Source: Trichoplax adhaerens
Lineage: Eukaryota > Animalia > Placozoa
Direction: 5' to 3'
Assembly (NCBI RefSeq): GCF_000150275.1
Contig: NW_002060956.1
Location: 711,379 to 775,378, forward strand
Length of the DNA: 64,000 nucleotides
Below the pieces are notes generated by a model. That model saw nothing but the letters and a program-made list of their open reading frames with translations. It made no database searches and was not told the DNA's origin. Position numbers and translations under genes: made by a program. This document shows positions 11,376 through 25,866 of the stretch, one piece after another; within the stretch, counting starts at the first letter, position 1, and the number at the start of each line of letters is the position of its first letter.

Positions 11376-14300
11376 TCACATCAATCGATTAGGGATAGTA
11401 TTGCATTTGATTGAGATACTGTAAAAGGAAGTTTGAGGATGTATTAATAGACAATATTGCTGCAAGTCTGATCTAAATCTTAATATAAAATTATATAACA
11501 AATATTTTACACTACAGAATAACTGTATACATATTACTGTCATAATTGATCCATGATAATTGCAGATATAAAACAGACTTACTCCATGGTACCGATTTCG
11601 TCGTCATATTGCCTAACCTTCTCCGACAAAACACTGTATCTGCCAAATTGAATTTTTACCAATTGGAAGACTGCACTACCTGTAAATATTATTTAGATTA
11701 AAATAAGCTAATCCCATTGAATAGCAATTAATACAGTAGTTATCTATGATACTATATCCATTAAAAATTACTCAATTAGTAGATCATTCTTATTAATTTT
11801 ATTCTTTACCAAAATAATCCTTTTGGTGTGATTTACTATTGACACTGTGGATAGCTACAATCAATAACTGTTGTTTCAACGAGATTTGGCTTCCATAGAT
11901 AGGGACTTTTAGCTATTATCAAATAAGAAAATGTAAGCTATTAGGGTTGAAAAGCTACATTGGAGAAGCTCAAAAGTTCTTAATACAGCATCATGAATTC
12001 CATCTCAAAATGTACGGGTGTATTATGTCAGTAATTGGTACCGCTAGATCAAGATGAATATCGAAAAAGATTAAATTGGAGTCTATTATTATTTTTGATA
12101 GGCAAAACATGCTATACCCTTTCAATTCATCTTGTAATAATTATTTATCGCTTGATAAATTCTACTGAAATATCGATACCTGCTTAACAGGACTATTTTC
12201 ATGATTTGACCAATGGCATGAAACCCTATCATTAGTGATATGTGTTGCATTACCACTGTTGAAAGATTGATCTTGGCTTGTATTTGTTGACTCACTAAAA
12301 GTTACTTGACTATTCTCTATTAAAATGATTGAAATGTAGAAAAAAGCATATATTATTGCTACGACCAAACTCATTTGAATAACGATTAATGTGATTAGAA
12401 TGTGATATTTTAATTATATAGGATTAAATAAAAGAATTCGTTAAATTAATGTGCTATCTTAATTCTACTGAAGTAACGAACAGTAAATTAACAGAAATTG
12501 ATATAAATTTTGTTAATGAACTTCCATATTGTACTTTGAATATGGTCAAGGATAGTTATGGTTTATAATAATTTAATTGATAGACCTGTTAGATCTAATC
12601 AATTACCGTTACATCCTATAATATATGCCTTGATTTGGATCTTAATGTTTTTTTCTTGACGCTTAGTGCTAAACTGTTAGATTGATAAATTAAATTAAGA
12701 TAAAGAAATTGTGAAATGGTTTAAAAGATCATGAACTGTCAATTTACATGTATCGTACTTAAGTACGGATCCATATTGAAATAGTATAAGGCAGTTAATA
12801 TCACTGACTATTGTGCATATTTTTTGCTTAAGTTAATTAAAGTATAGAGTAATATAGTAATTACCGTAGTTTCGATTTCTGCAATTTCAAGATTTACATA
12901 AGCACGACTCTCTATAAAGATTACAATGGATTTTTAATCTGTTAAATTCAAGATCAATAATAATAATAATTGTGTAATCAGATACAGGTATTTATAATTT
13001 ATAGATTGACTAATTTTACTTTAGTAATGGATATACATGTAAAATTAGCTATATAGCTATGAATGTTATCGGTATTGGTACTGATTCAAGCCTAATTCTG
13101 GTATATTTCAACTTTGATGTAGGTATAAGATAGAAGTTGATCCTGGCATATTACCTTCATCTTTAGGCGTTTTAAGTAGGAATGACGAAAATACTGGCCG
13201 TCGATTAATACCATAACTAACATCTGGACAGCCTAATTTTTTAGACAGGAATTGGTGATCAAAATTGCTTTTTTTATCAACTTAAGTATCCAGATTGAAG
13301 CTGTTGTTAGACAAACCATAAATTGTATTGCTGATCGCACCATTCATGTAGCCTTTCTTATACAGAACTCTTCCACCATACCATGCCTCAGGAGTATTCT
13401 TTAAAAGTATGATTAAACCCATATGATAATTAATGAAGTACAAAAATGTAGGTATGTAATAATATGATAAGCGATGATACTGCTACATACAAATATCATA
13501 GTAATGAGTTGTTTCACGGTTAATGATCAAAGTTATTATCATAGTGAGTTATCAAAGTAATACTTCACTTACGAGCTTGTCTTTACTTTCGGCTGCAGTT
13601 GCAGGAAAATTACATTCAGCCTCATCTAAGGTTTAATAGCCAAAAGATCAGCGAGTATTTAAAAAACTTTATCATTACTACTAAAGTATACCTATAACGA
13701 TTAACCTACCGAAACTTGGTAATGCAACTGGCATTACTTTTTTAAGTTTATCTCTCATTTGCCAAACTCGGATAAGATGACTTAATTCTCTTGATGGATC
13801 AACTCCCTGTTTTAATCGGTTTCAAAGGCAATTAATATCATTCTTTAAGTTTATCTTTTCAGATTGCTACACATTAACAGCGTTATCGATCGACGTAGAT
13901 ATAGTAGTGATATATGTATAGGATTAGAAATGAACAGCCAGCTCGTTAATTACCATTTCAACTTTAGCACAATTTTGAGTAATATCTCCTAATATAAAGA
14001 TATGATGGAATTGTTGCGTTACATCATAAATAGGAATGCCATTACCATCAAACTTGATCTTTTTTAGTACATCCATTACGTCTTGTTTGACTCTGAATAG
14101 AAGTAAAATAAACGTTATTTCTATTATTTTATTGATGAGCCGCTGTTTTTTGATCAATTTATGTTCCTGAAAGCAGTATCATGCTGTTATCTAGGTATGA
14201 CTTAATTAGAACTGCAGTCCATATAGCTATAAAAATGGCAACATACGTACACGTCACTATGAATATGTTGCTTAGTGTCGCAAACTAGCTCTATGACAAG

Positions 14301-17300
14301 ACAACGAGAAGCTAAATCTACATATCTTTTCCCCAACCAACATATCAGGGTACTAAAAACTGTCTATGGAATTCTGTGGATACTTATCCCTAATTTTACA
14401 AATCCGTAGTTATCTGTACGCCTTTAACTTTGTGTTAAACACTAAACTTATAGAATAATATTTTTATGCAAAATACCGGATTTATGTACTTTTCTGCGAT
14501 AATTAGAAGTTACAATTAGCATCAATAGTACCTGTAAAATCAGGTACTAAATTTATATTTCAATGCCTAATTAATGCGGTAATAGCAAGTTTAAGATCAT
14601 AAGAATTGCAACAGCCACGCTTATGTATTTGTCGCCATTGCGTTGTACCACAAATACACAGAATCATCAAGTCATAATACACATTAACTGATAATTAGTC
14701 ACAATCACACATTACAGTACAAGATGTGTAAAGTATAAGCTATCTTGTAATCTACGTAAAATAAAGCTATGCCAATAAAACATCGCCTACTTCTCTACGG
14801 TGAAATAATACCGTAGCTGCCAGAAAAAAATTCACGTACTTTTGGTCTACATCAAAATTGACCTTCATCTGCAGATTAAGGAAGCAAATATGTCTGCTAA
14901 AGATGGTGAAAGATATTGCCGTTGCTAAAATTCAAACAATATAATTCAATGATATTTGTGTATAGTGAAAAATTGTACCTTTTTTGTATCTATACACGTG
15001 CTTAAACACAGTATATATGTCCGAATACATGTTTTATAATCGATCTTATTTAATTAATCAATCTCACCATCCGAACTTTCTGCTTTTCGTATATTATCGA
15101 TCTTCCTCAAAATATTTTTGCGAGCAAATATCATTAATTTTAAACTAGATGACGATAAAGCCGTAGAGGCGCTGCTACTTTCGCATAGCTATCAATTTAT
15201 TTAAAAAAGTCAAGAATACGTTATATACCTCAGGACTTTCGTAACGGTAAGCGATCAAACTATAAGTAGAGAGCCAAACTCTTCTTCACTATTGCTACAA
15301 GCCATAAAAATTTCTTACCTTTCCATACTCTTGGGAATCAGGTATCGCTTCAAGTAAGCGCTTTTTCCCTTGGACATCATTACAATTCTAAAGTAATTCA
15401 AGATAGGCATAACTGCGATTAATACTGCTCGTACAAGTATGTATAGATCACAGAGTTTCAATTATTGTTATGAATAGCAGTCAGTAAATATGTTAAATAA
15501 ATCAATACATAATTTTGGAAACTAGCTTAAAACTTAAACTATGATTTTCGTAATAGTTACGTTACTTGAGGTCTGAAAATAAAATAAATCTCTGGAATAT
15601 TTATAGTAAAGGGTTGTATATGTTTTATAAGTAATATCGAGTTATTCTATATACGTCGAAAATCTTACAATTTATCCAGCTCTGTAATGGTTATATAAAT
15701 ATGGGATCTCAAAAAGTTAATCATGAAAGCGAAAACGACTCACAAAACTACGCTAGTACAGGTAAATACCTTTCAATTCTGATTTGTCAACACTGCACCT
15801 AATCCGCTAGCTACTATAAAGCTTGGAAATTCTATTAACTATCAAATTAAGAAGAATTATGATGCTAGGGTATTAATGCTATAGCATAAGAGTGAATGTT
15901 ATTACTGACAAATCAAAATAAAAAAATCTGAAATTTATTAAATCAAACTAATACATCATTGTTGTGAATGGTATAAGTATGTGAACTAGATCTTGGCAGA
16001 GTTACTTACGACAGATGGTATAATTAAAATATCTATTAACAGTTCAAAAAATATATCAAAATAATAAGGAAAGAAAATAGTAATACAGTTATTGCCGCAG
16101 TGAAAACCCATCAAAATTGGACAGTTAAGTACTTTAAAACTTATTGAAAGGTTTCGTTGAAATATAACAAAATCAAAAACTAACACAATATAAAACGAAT
16201 ATTCAAAATAGACAACCATATTCATTTTACAGTACCTGTAAACCAATAACGTATATATCACTTGGTTTATAGCTGGATTCAATCGTGAGATCACTTCGTG
16301 GATGTCCTTGATTTGTTAGCCACTTTTCGATATTAACATTATTAAAGTTTACTCCCTCTAATGGAAACAAGAGGTAGTCGCTTTTATTAAGTAAGAGTAA
16401 CACTGAAATCATATCTAATCAATATACTATTTTTAGGAAATATCTAGGATGGCTAAAAGATTCAGATGGGCGTATAAGGTTTTAAATTAATATCAATTCT
16501 ATAGATTGAATTATTAATATTACTTCGTTATAAATATAATATATAAGCGCATATAATAATCTTCGAAAGAGCAATTTAATTGATCCACGTAAAAGGAGAG
16601 AATAACTTTAACTGACTTGAAGCGAAGGTCCCAATAAATATCGAAAGCTCATTCATTTTCGCAAGTGACCATTTATCGTATAATGTATTCCATACATTTG
16701 TAAAGACTTTATAATCCTGTATGGACAAGACAACATGGCCTACTTTAACTAGATGTAACGATTAAAGACTTCCATTATGGTTATGAAATAAAAAACTATT
16801 AGCATATACCTGAGTCTGCTTAAAGCAAATAGTCAACGTTATCATCGGGTGAATTTTGATTTGGCTCATGTTCACGTCAGGATTTTCAGTAATTTCTGAT
16901 ACTAAGATTAAAATCACTATCATTACATCAAGTTTAACTATATATTTTTAAATAGACGAAAAGTAACGAGTTTATTTATTATGGTATTTGACAAAAACTT
17001 ATCACTGACAATATTATCGTTAGATCTATTGATAATACAACATATTACCCTGGTCTAAAGAATAAACTTCTGTATTACGATATTGCGGCTGTTGATTTTC
17101 GTATAGGATTGCAACTAGAAAATATAATTAATATGCCAATAATATATCATAACATAGAAATTTAAGATTTTAATATTTTAAGATTAAGAGTAGAAATCCA
17201 AGAAAATTTAATGTAACTGTGGTTAATTTCCAAAGTAATTTTATAAGCTACTGTCGTTTGTTACCAGAAATTTGTATATAACTGATCTCTTTGGTATTTT

Positions 17301-20300
17301 ACGAAAATGCAGAAAATGTTTACAACCGCGTATATAACATTAAATGGGCGTTAGCTAGTTTAGATATAAAAGTTCGAGGACTTACGCTGCTCAAAATCAA
17401 GTATTATCTTTCCCGGATTAAATGTAGCATCATCATTATTAATATTCTTTTTAATACTAACCTATATTTAGATAGGTGTAAATTAAGATCTAGTTTAGAA
17501 TCTACTTTCATTGTAAGAAAGAATGAAAATCAACACCATTCTATTTTACCAGAGAATTACAATGTTAGCTTCATCGTAAAGTACCCGCATGCTAAGCATC
17601 GCTAATGTTACAGTCTATTTATAGCATTATATTTTTCTTATTTGACAAGACTTCTAGAAATTACTAACTAAGATATCTTATTATTCATTGGTAAATAGAA
17701 ATTATAAATGCCTACGTGAAAATTCCTTTTAGTAGGCGAAACTGATTGTTCAGGAGCCGAAAATATAGAAAGAATTTCGCTCATATATTTTTTTACTTCA
17801 ATGATTTTCTTCTCTAGACTAACTAGGGAAGCGGAAAGATCTTCACTCTTTCGCTTGTTATCTATATCCTCATATATATTATTGATCGTCTAAAATAACA
17901 ATAAAAATTGAATATTTTATAAATCATCGTAACTCCAAAAATATTCGTCGTACGCATACGCCGATGTATTTTCTTAATTTCGCTTATGATACGAAATGTG
18001 GAAATCGTCCTAAAATTATGAAACTATCTACATTGTAAATAATTTCATGTTATCATTAGTGCAATTATTGCAGTGATATTATATCTTTTACCTCATTAAT
18101 TCCTGTATTAGCTTGCTCCTAGAAGTAATAGAAATACGTAATAATAATTTTGTACATATCAGTATGTAAAGGCGATGTTAAGATTGCTATTCTATTAGGC
18201 TATAGAAGAAAATGCTAGTAATCTCACATCATACTCGAAAATAAATGTAATAGCAAATGATAGAGATCTCTAATAAATACTAATAGAAAGGATAAATTAA
18301 GTCCAAGGGAAAATTTCGCGCTAAATCTAAGAAAAAATTATAGATAAAGTTTATGGTACCCTATTCTCAGGATAATCTGACGCAAGCCGTTGATGAACCC
18401 GACAAACCTTCAGGAAAGCTTCCACTTCCAATGTAAATTTTGCAGTTGCTCTACAGAAAGATAAAATCAGCATATTAATATAAGCGTTAGCATTGAGGGC
18501 AGCTCTTACATGCTGTATGATATATCTAAAAATTACTAGCAGAAATAGATAGATTACCATTTATTATGTGCTAGTAATTTCTTCTTAACTATTTTGGAAA
18601 TGAGAATTCTCTATTATACCGTAAGTCGATATTCTATTTGATTTGATTTTGTTCCGCTATTATTGACATTTAATACTATAATCTAGCGATCATAGTTACC
18701 AGGATGCTCGTATAATATATCTTTAGTTAAGGCTTATACAGTAGATAATCTAAACTCTAAGATAGATTTTTTTGTAAATTGCTAACATTAGATGATAATT
18801 TAATATCGCGTAAACTATCCCTATTTGTAGATATTCCGTTTATAGTATTATCAATATGATTAGTTGGCTGACAACTCTCAGTCTATCATTTTACTTTTCG
18901 ATCTAAAATTAGATTTAAAAGTCCTTGCTTGATATGATTTCAATAAACTTTGAAGATAAATCTCCACATGCAACTAGTCAATGCAAAATAACAGTTAAAA
19001 TTTTTAGAATCTTACGCATAGCAGTTAGTTTTCTTCAACAACTTCTCAATTATACAGTTAGCATTGTCTTTCCAATTGCTTCTTTCAAAGTGGAGATCTC
19101 GTACATATTGCCTTGCTAACTCTATATCTGGACATGTGTTTGAAATTGTACCCGAAGGCTTAGATTGGCTATTTTGGGTGTTTAATGTCATGTTATCTGG
19201 CTTATAATTTTTATGTACATCTTCACATACTGGACTCATTTTTAAATACCCGAAATGACCAAAATTACTCTCATTGCTAGTAGGTCTATTTTGTCTTAAT
19301 ATAAAATCATGATCATTTGAAAAGTGATGGATAGATGATGTTGAAGAAGATGTATCTGCCGTTGATTTGGTTACTTCCTCATTCGAAAAGGGGCTGGTAA
19401 CTGGTTTTGTAGAGGTATAACTCATATTTTCAATTGAAGGTGATTTGCTCAGAAATGGCCGTCTATTAGAAGTTTGATTGGTAGATTCCTGACTGTTAGG
19501 AGTTAATGGAGGCCCATTACATCCTATTGGGCTGTTAATTGGTAACTGAAAGGCTTGACTTGTAGCATTGATTAGAATTGGTAGATCACTATTATTGATC
19601 TTATTAGCCTCTGGCTGAAAGTCGCTACTAAATGAAGAAGAATTTTCGTGTATTGGTGAGTAAAGACCAGCCCTATACGCAGAGTTAAAATTATTCGCTG
19701 AGTTGAAATCGCTAACAGGATACAGCGTTTTAAATGGTAGTTTATTGCTCTTGGTATAATGATTTGCAATCTCAGACAATGTTTGAAATTTCCTTTGAGT
19801 TGTTAAATCTTTGTCTTCGGTCTATTTAGAATAAATCGCAAAACTCAGTACAATAACATTGTAGTAATACAATCATTGAACTGAAAATATCAGATTATTT
19901 TTAATGTATATCGTACAAGACTTTAAAATATATTTTTATTCTGCGTATAAGCAGTATCACGTTATTTAGACATCCGTACCATTAAAAAATATATCGTACT
20001 GTACTTTATTTATGTATAGTTAGCAATTTAGGAGTATTTTAATTACTAAAAATCCCTATATCATGAAAGAGGTTCTAAACTTTGATATCATCATAACTTT
20101 CAGTATTTAAAGCTAATACAATGCTGTCAATATTTTGTAGATACATCGTTCATCATTTTTGCAGTTAATTAATTAACTAATATATATATCGTTTACCCTA
20201 AGCAACTACATCACAAAACGACAATTTACATTTTAGTACTTATCTGGCAAGGTATACGTACGAGTTATATAATCAGCAAGACTATGGCCAGTAAAAGATA

Positions 20301-20815
20301 CTTACAAGCTCCGGAACTATATAATGATCATTATTTCGTATGATTCGGTAATCGTAAATGGTCCCTTCCCAACTATAATATTAATTGCAAGACAAATTAA
20401 GGCATAAAGTGAGTAGAAAAGAAAGAATTTAATTTATACACAATCAAAACTCGAATATCAGTTACAATTAGAAATTGCATATTAATTTAGGAAATGCAAG
20501 AAATTAGGTGGCTAATATCGTATTATTAACTTAAGGAGTGATGACAATGTTAAAGATCTTGTACAAGAGGGCATTACAAGTCGATTCCTTATAGGACTTT
20601 GACATGTGAGAACTGGAGTAAAGTACAATAGTAAGAGAAATGATTCCATCCTATTCAACTTACTAAACATTTATTACAATAAAGTTCATAGACGTTACAC
20701 TATATCTGAATAAAAATGCTCCGTCTCTGCCATCATTTTCCAATCGAGTACGGGCGTCTACTGCAGTAATATCACGAAAGAAAGCAGGATAACGTAAAAG
20801 GTCTTCATCGCACAT
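11376..20815 (-). CDS. SHIP-like paralogue A: SH2, linker, PH-like region, catalytically degenerate inositol 5-phosphatase domain, C2 (candidate pseudophosphatase)
   Basis: ATG at 20815: MCDEDLLRYPAFFRDITAVDARTRLENDGRDGAFLFRYS (SH2). Later exons give LSIFIGTFAS, SDIYVIGLQ, ICFLNLQM, DVTQQFHHIFILGDITQN, NTPEAWYGGRVLYK and RRPVFSSF, then C2 exons. Phosphatase and C2 exon boundaries parallel paralogues B and C. No stops in the exons I traced. Confidence 0.85.
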
Positions 20816-22199
20816 TTTGCTAACAAAACTAAGAAATTTAATTCCGATTTCTAGCTGTAATTCGCGATAGCCGCAGCGAGTTTCTTTATTAATGAAGTGC
20901 TGGTGTCTAGTAAGCTATTAATTCCGATTTCAAATGCTTATGTTTAATCCTATGCAAAAAATAAAAATTAGATTAAAATTTTGTATTTCAGTGCCGTAGT
21001 TTAACACATTTGAAAAATACATTGTATCTGATGAATTTGTTATGCTCACTACTATTAACTTTAAATTTTGCTCAGTCTTCATCTTATTTGTACTGTAATT
21101 TCGAAATTGCGTATTGGATTTAAGGGGAATTGTATCTTAACTTTATTTTTGGATTGCGCATCAAAATTTGCTATTAAAGGAACCAAATACTAGAAAATTT
21201 CAACAGTCTTTGCTCAATCCATAAGCGTTGTTTACTACTATTGTACTGCATAAGTAAATGGGTATCAATACAAAATAAGGTGTAGATAATCAGATTTTAT
21301 GTAATTTCAAGTCATTCATATTTTGATATATTTTCTTCATTAAATTTATCAAGAAACATACTGAAATACAATATAATATAAATGACAAAATTTTGCTACA
21401 TGCCAGTTTTGAGGTAAATATTTGTAAAAGTTAGCATTTAAATCAGATAGTTATGTGTTCTAGACGCAAGATAGCTTTTAAGCAATACCGTAGTTAAGTC
21501 TATAAATGTGTATGAGAGTAGTAGATGAAATAGTTTTTCACTTAAGCAATTCGATACATGATTTTAGTATCAGAGTTCTAGAGATAGTTGGGTTTTACAG
21601 GTCCTACAGCTAGTAATTTTTGGCTGACTCCCTACTCTAGTATCACCAGTCTTAGTTTTCTATAGCATTATATAGCCTAGCTATAGTATCCCCTTCCCCT
21701 AGTCTTAACTTATGCGGAAGTTGATTACCATTTCAATTATTTTCTATTTTCTATGTTTATCACTTAGGATTTCAACTTTCACAGTATTGAACTACGAGTA
21801 CATGACTGTATATTTCAAGAACAGTAGATCTTGTCAAGTTACTTCAATGTTGATATTCTCCGTTATTGCTGAGTCATTGAAACATTTCCTATATCTATAT
21901 GATTCATAATATAAGGAATGTATTAATGTTAATGAACTCCTGCTACACTTAAGTAATAGCGTGTACATTTCTCATCGTTTTGTAAACTAAAAAAAGTATG
22001 TTAGATTTCATGATTTTACATTAGTGTTCTCGCCACTAATATTATCGAAAGGGAGTGTTTTACTTACAGTCTTATCGGAGCAAAACACCATTAATACAGA
22101 TATTAGTTGTATGAATACCCAGCTAAATGTTAAAGTGTATAGAAAATTTGCACGCATTCAACATTGTTCCATGATTCTGATTAAATTGGTTAAAAACTA

Positions 22200-24450
22200 C
22201 TATTAATCAGTAGTAATATAAGATATGATGAATACGATGCCACGCTTAATATCATGAGCTTGAACAATTTAGTCAGTTAAGAAATACTATTAAATCGAAA
22301 TTATTAGCTCTATCTAATTTAAAGGATGTGATATCGATAATCACTTGTCTAGGTGAGGACTACTCTCCATAATAATAGAGGCGTCTAACGTAATAAAGCC
22401 AAACAGTTTTAATTTTGGTTTTATTACGGAACATTTGAGTTTAAATGTGCCTACAGTTCGAGGAAGATTACTTTACAACTACAATAATGTCTTATCTTGA
22501 TAGTGGCTTATGTAGCATACGATTTACGATAAGCATAAACAGTAAATAGATGATAGAAATTTAGCCTCAAAGTACGGACAACTTTCTGTACTATATTTGA
22601 AAAATGGAGATAAAGTAATTCCTTCGCAACATGTTTCAACTTCAACGAAGAAACTTATTTGATCATTTTAGAACGTATATGAGTTATAATATATGTAATA
22701 TTATTTTGGGAACGATATAATCTTAATATGAACAGCAATATCTTGATGTCGAAGTATTGAACCACGGTAGTATTGAGAAGGATGCCACCACTCTCATCCC
22801 TCTACTTTCTAGAAGAGCTAATTCTGTATTTAGTAGTCATACTCACTCATACAGATGTAACCCTTTTGATCTCTTTCAAGCGGATAGAAATTGGGAATTG
22901 CAACCCGTACGAAATTTGTTACCCAGAAATGATTATGATCATCTACGGCAGTATAGGATTTGATGGATAGCAAACGTACAAGTATACGCATTCGGTAGAA
23001 AAAACATGGCTAACTATCACTTTTGTATCATCCTTAGCAAATTGTAGTAAAAACTCTCAAAAATTGCTTTCATAAACGAAATATTTCAACTTAATATCAA
23101 ATGAATTGAGAAGCCGGAAATGATTTAAATTACCACCACCTGATGATCATACAGTAACATTATGTCACAAAATACTGTAATATACCATCGCCAAGAAGGA
23201 AGTAATCAATCTTACTTTTACTATTGTAGTTTAATTTTACACTATAGGTGCTTAATGAATTTGATATAGATAAAGTGTTCATAGTAAAGAGAGTCGATAG
23301 ACACATATTATTTTATCACACTAGTATATTAGTAGATATCGCCTCTTTTGAATTAAGATATCATATGGTTACATTCAGTAAAATTGCTTGAAGTTTTTCA
23401 CAATTTTAGTTTGGACTAATAGGAGCTATCGTAATATAACGGCTTGGAGTTAACGAGAAACTGAATCGGTTTGTAGTATTTTAAAATTGGCGTAAAATTA
23501 TAGTATGGTAGGCTTCGATGTTATATTAACATTGAAGAAAATTACCCATACATTTGCTATGAGAGTACAGTATTGTATGTACTTTCCTATCAGTTTATTA
23601 TTAGTCAAAGCTTAATCATTGCCGAAAAAAGCAAGATCAAGTTGAATAGAATTGTCATTAAGATAGCTATTATCTCGGAAATTAAAGTCTGAAGCTATCC
23701 ATAATACAGTACCATAATTGACTACTTCAATCTAATCGTAGCTGCTCATTTTAAAAAGCACAGACATAGATTGTACTAGCTCTTACCGTTTGTGCCTAAG
23801 TCATTTTTGGGAAAGAACCCAAGAATATCAGACCAAGCCTTCCTACAAGATGATCAATTGAACGTGATGATTCTCCTTATATCGGGCAGTATTCAGGCTA
23901 GTTTTCTTAACGATAGTAAGAATAGCTATTCTTTCGATCTTTTATTTCCGTAAGTTTATACTTTCGATGGGGATAAAAGATTTAATATAGTTACCAGTAA
24001 AACGTCAATTACTTGCGTAACAGTGATTGTACTGTATATATTTGAATAGAGTAGTACTTCTATTATATAGACAATGCGATCGTAGCCAATACTATATATA
24101 AATCGATCAAAGGAGGTCAAGGAAGAATGTTAATATTTGTACTGAAGATGTAGTTCCTATTTGGCGCTTATTGTGGTGCAGTTTTATGCAAGTTTGCAAT
24201 ACACAATTAGAGGCGTGGTATAAGTTAGAGCCTTGGACTTCATAATTTGGTTAGATAGATGTAAAGGAACTACATTTAGCTATATGAAAGTGCATATAAC
24301 CGGTAGTATTAAAATATGGCACCCTCCCTATCAAGAAGAATTTAAGCTGACTTGTTAACTAGCTATTTAGCATAATAAAGCCCATTATTATTTACCTATT
24401 CTAATTGAATCAGAGCCCTTTCTTCTATAATTCACTCATTGTATTCTCAA
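22200..24450 (+). pseudogene. Possible decayed LRR-containing GPCR (LGR-like) relic
   Basis: Stop- and frameshift-broken fragments in a plausible order: LRR-like (IKPNSF, LSVLYL, PLSSLYFLEELIL), Cys hinge-like (YRCNPF...NCNP/VRNLLP), TM-like (KTWLTITFVSSLAN; W..RETESVCSILKL; ITHTFAMR; LALIVVQFYASL). Pattern recognition only. Confidence 0.3.
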
Positions 24451-24765
24451 ATATTGTTTATATGGAAAATGGAATAGAATCACAACGAAGTAAATATTTT
24501 AGTTCGTATTATTTCCTTGTATTTTTTCAATATGATTGAATGTGATGAAGATAGAATTTCTTCGATGACAGTAATATGGAACATTGATTACATTACGTTA
24601 TAATAGCAATTGAGTAGTTGAACTACGGAAAAAGATTATTAATAATACTACGATAGGACGTTAGGAGCAGTTTATCCGCATGCAAATATTAAGTGCATCG
24701 AATACTCCAATTTTTCTTACTGTTATCGTTAGTTATTTCGTATATTAGCATAGTAAATTAAGGGC

Positions 24766-25150
24766 AGCTATTCTACATTTTCATAATTTCTTTTAGTTAT
24801 AGTAATTAAAACTACTTATTTCTCCTAGTCAAACGATTTTTTGCTAAATATGGGTTCGTCGTTGGTGCAATTGTTACTTTGAAACTGCATCTACTAACGT
24901 CTTTTAAAAATGAACTTGATCTTGTTGGAGCTATTGTTTTACGTTTTCATAATATATTTTAGGGGTAGTAATTAAAACTACTTATTTCTCCTAGCCAAAC
25001 TATTTATTTCTAAATATATATTTGTTGTTGGCGCAATTATGACTATTAAATTACATCTAATGCCGTCTTTTAAAAATGAACTTGATCTTATTAAAGCTGC
25101 TATACTATATTTTCATAATATCTTTAGGGGTTATCATTAAAACTGCTTAC
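24766..25150. repeat. Diverged tandem repeat, ~166-bp period, ~2.3 copies
   Basis: ATTAAAACT(A/G)CTTA at 24805, 24971 and 25136; CGTCTTTTAAAAATGAACTTGATCTT occurs twice. Confidence 0.9.
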
Positions 25151-25866
25151 TTGGTAATTTAAGAGAAGGGATTGCTTACCCTTAAGTGTTTTTAAGTAAG
25201 AGTATCATGTCTAAATTCTGAAATTCGCATAATTAAAAAATTACTATACGTAGCGTATACAACTGCAACATATATAAGCAGTAGTATAATCAATATCATA
25301 AGGGTTCTATTACATATATCTTGATAAAAGAAACCGCCATCGATACAATCTATTCTAACTGTATACTACTATTTCAACCATATATTACCACAGTCTTATC
25401 GAATTTATTTATAATTATAGCATACCGATATTATTATTAAACAGTATCACATAACATCACAAATTAAAGCTTTGAATCATGTTACGATACTGTCACAGTA
25501 CTATACTATCTTACTGCCTTACTATAAGTACGGTACTGGTAGAAATTATGATGTTAGCTTTTATAAAATTATGACTTCATCTACAAACCTAAGTCGCTAA
25601 CTATGGCATCAGTATCAATTTTTCTGATCCTGAAGTATTCGTACCGTATTAATACAAGGCCTCAGTAAAACTTAGCTTCAAGTATCCTTAATAAACACAA
25701 GTATCTATAAACTCCAACAGACATGAATCAGCAGTTATGGGCAATAACTATAAGAGTATATAATAGTTATACCGTGTATCGAAGTTTAAGCTTCAGTTTA
25801 TAACATTTACATATTATAAAATATGAATTATTTACCTCAGTCATGAACTAAAATGATTATAGTTTT

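Noticed and set aside
11376-20815. Paralogue A as a dead pseudogene
   Set aside because: All traced exons have canonical splice sites, compatible phases and no stops despite extreme divergence, which favours a maintained protein.
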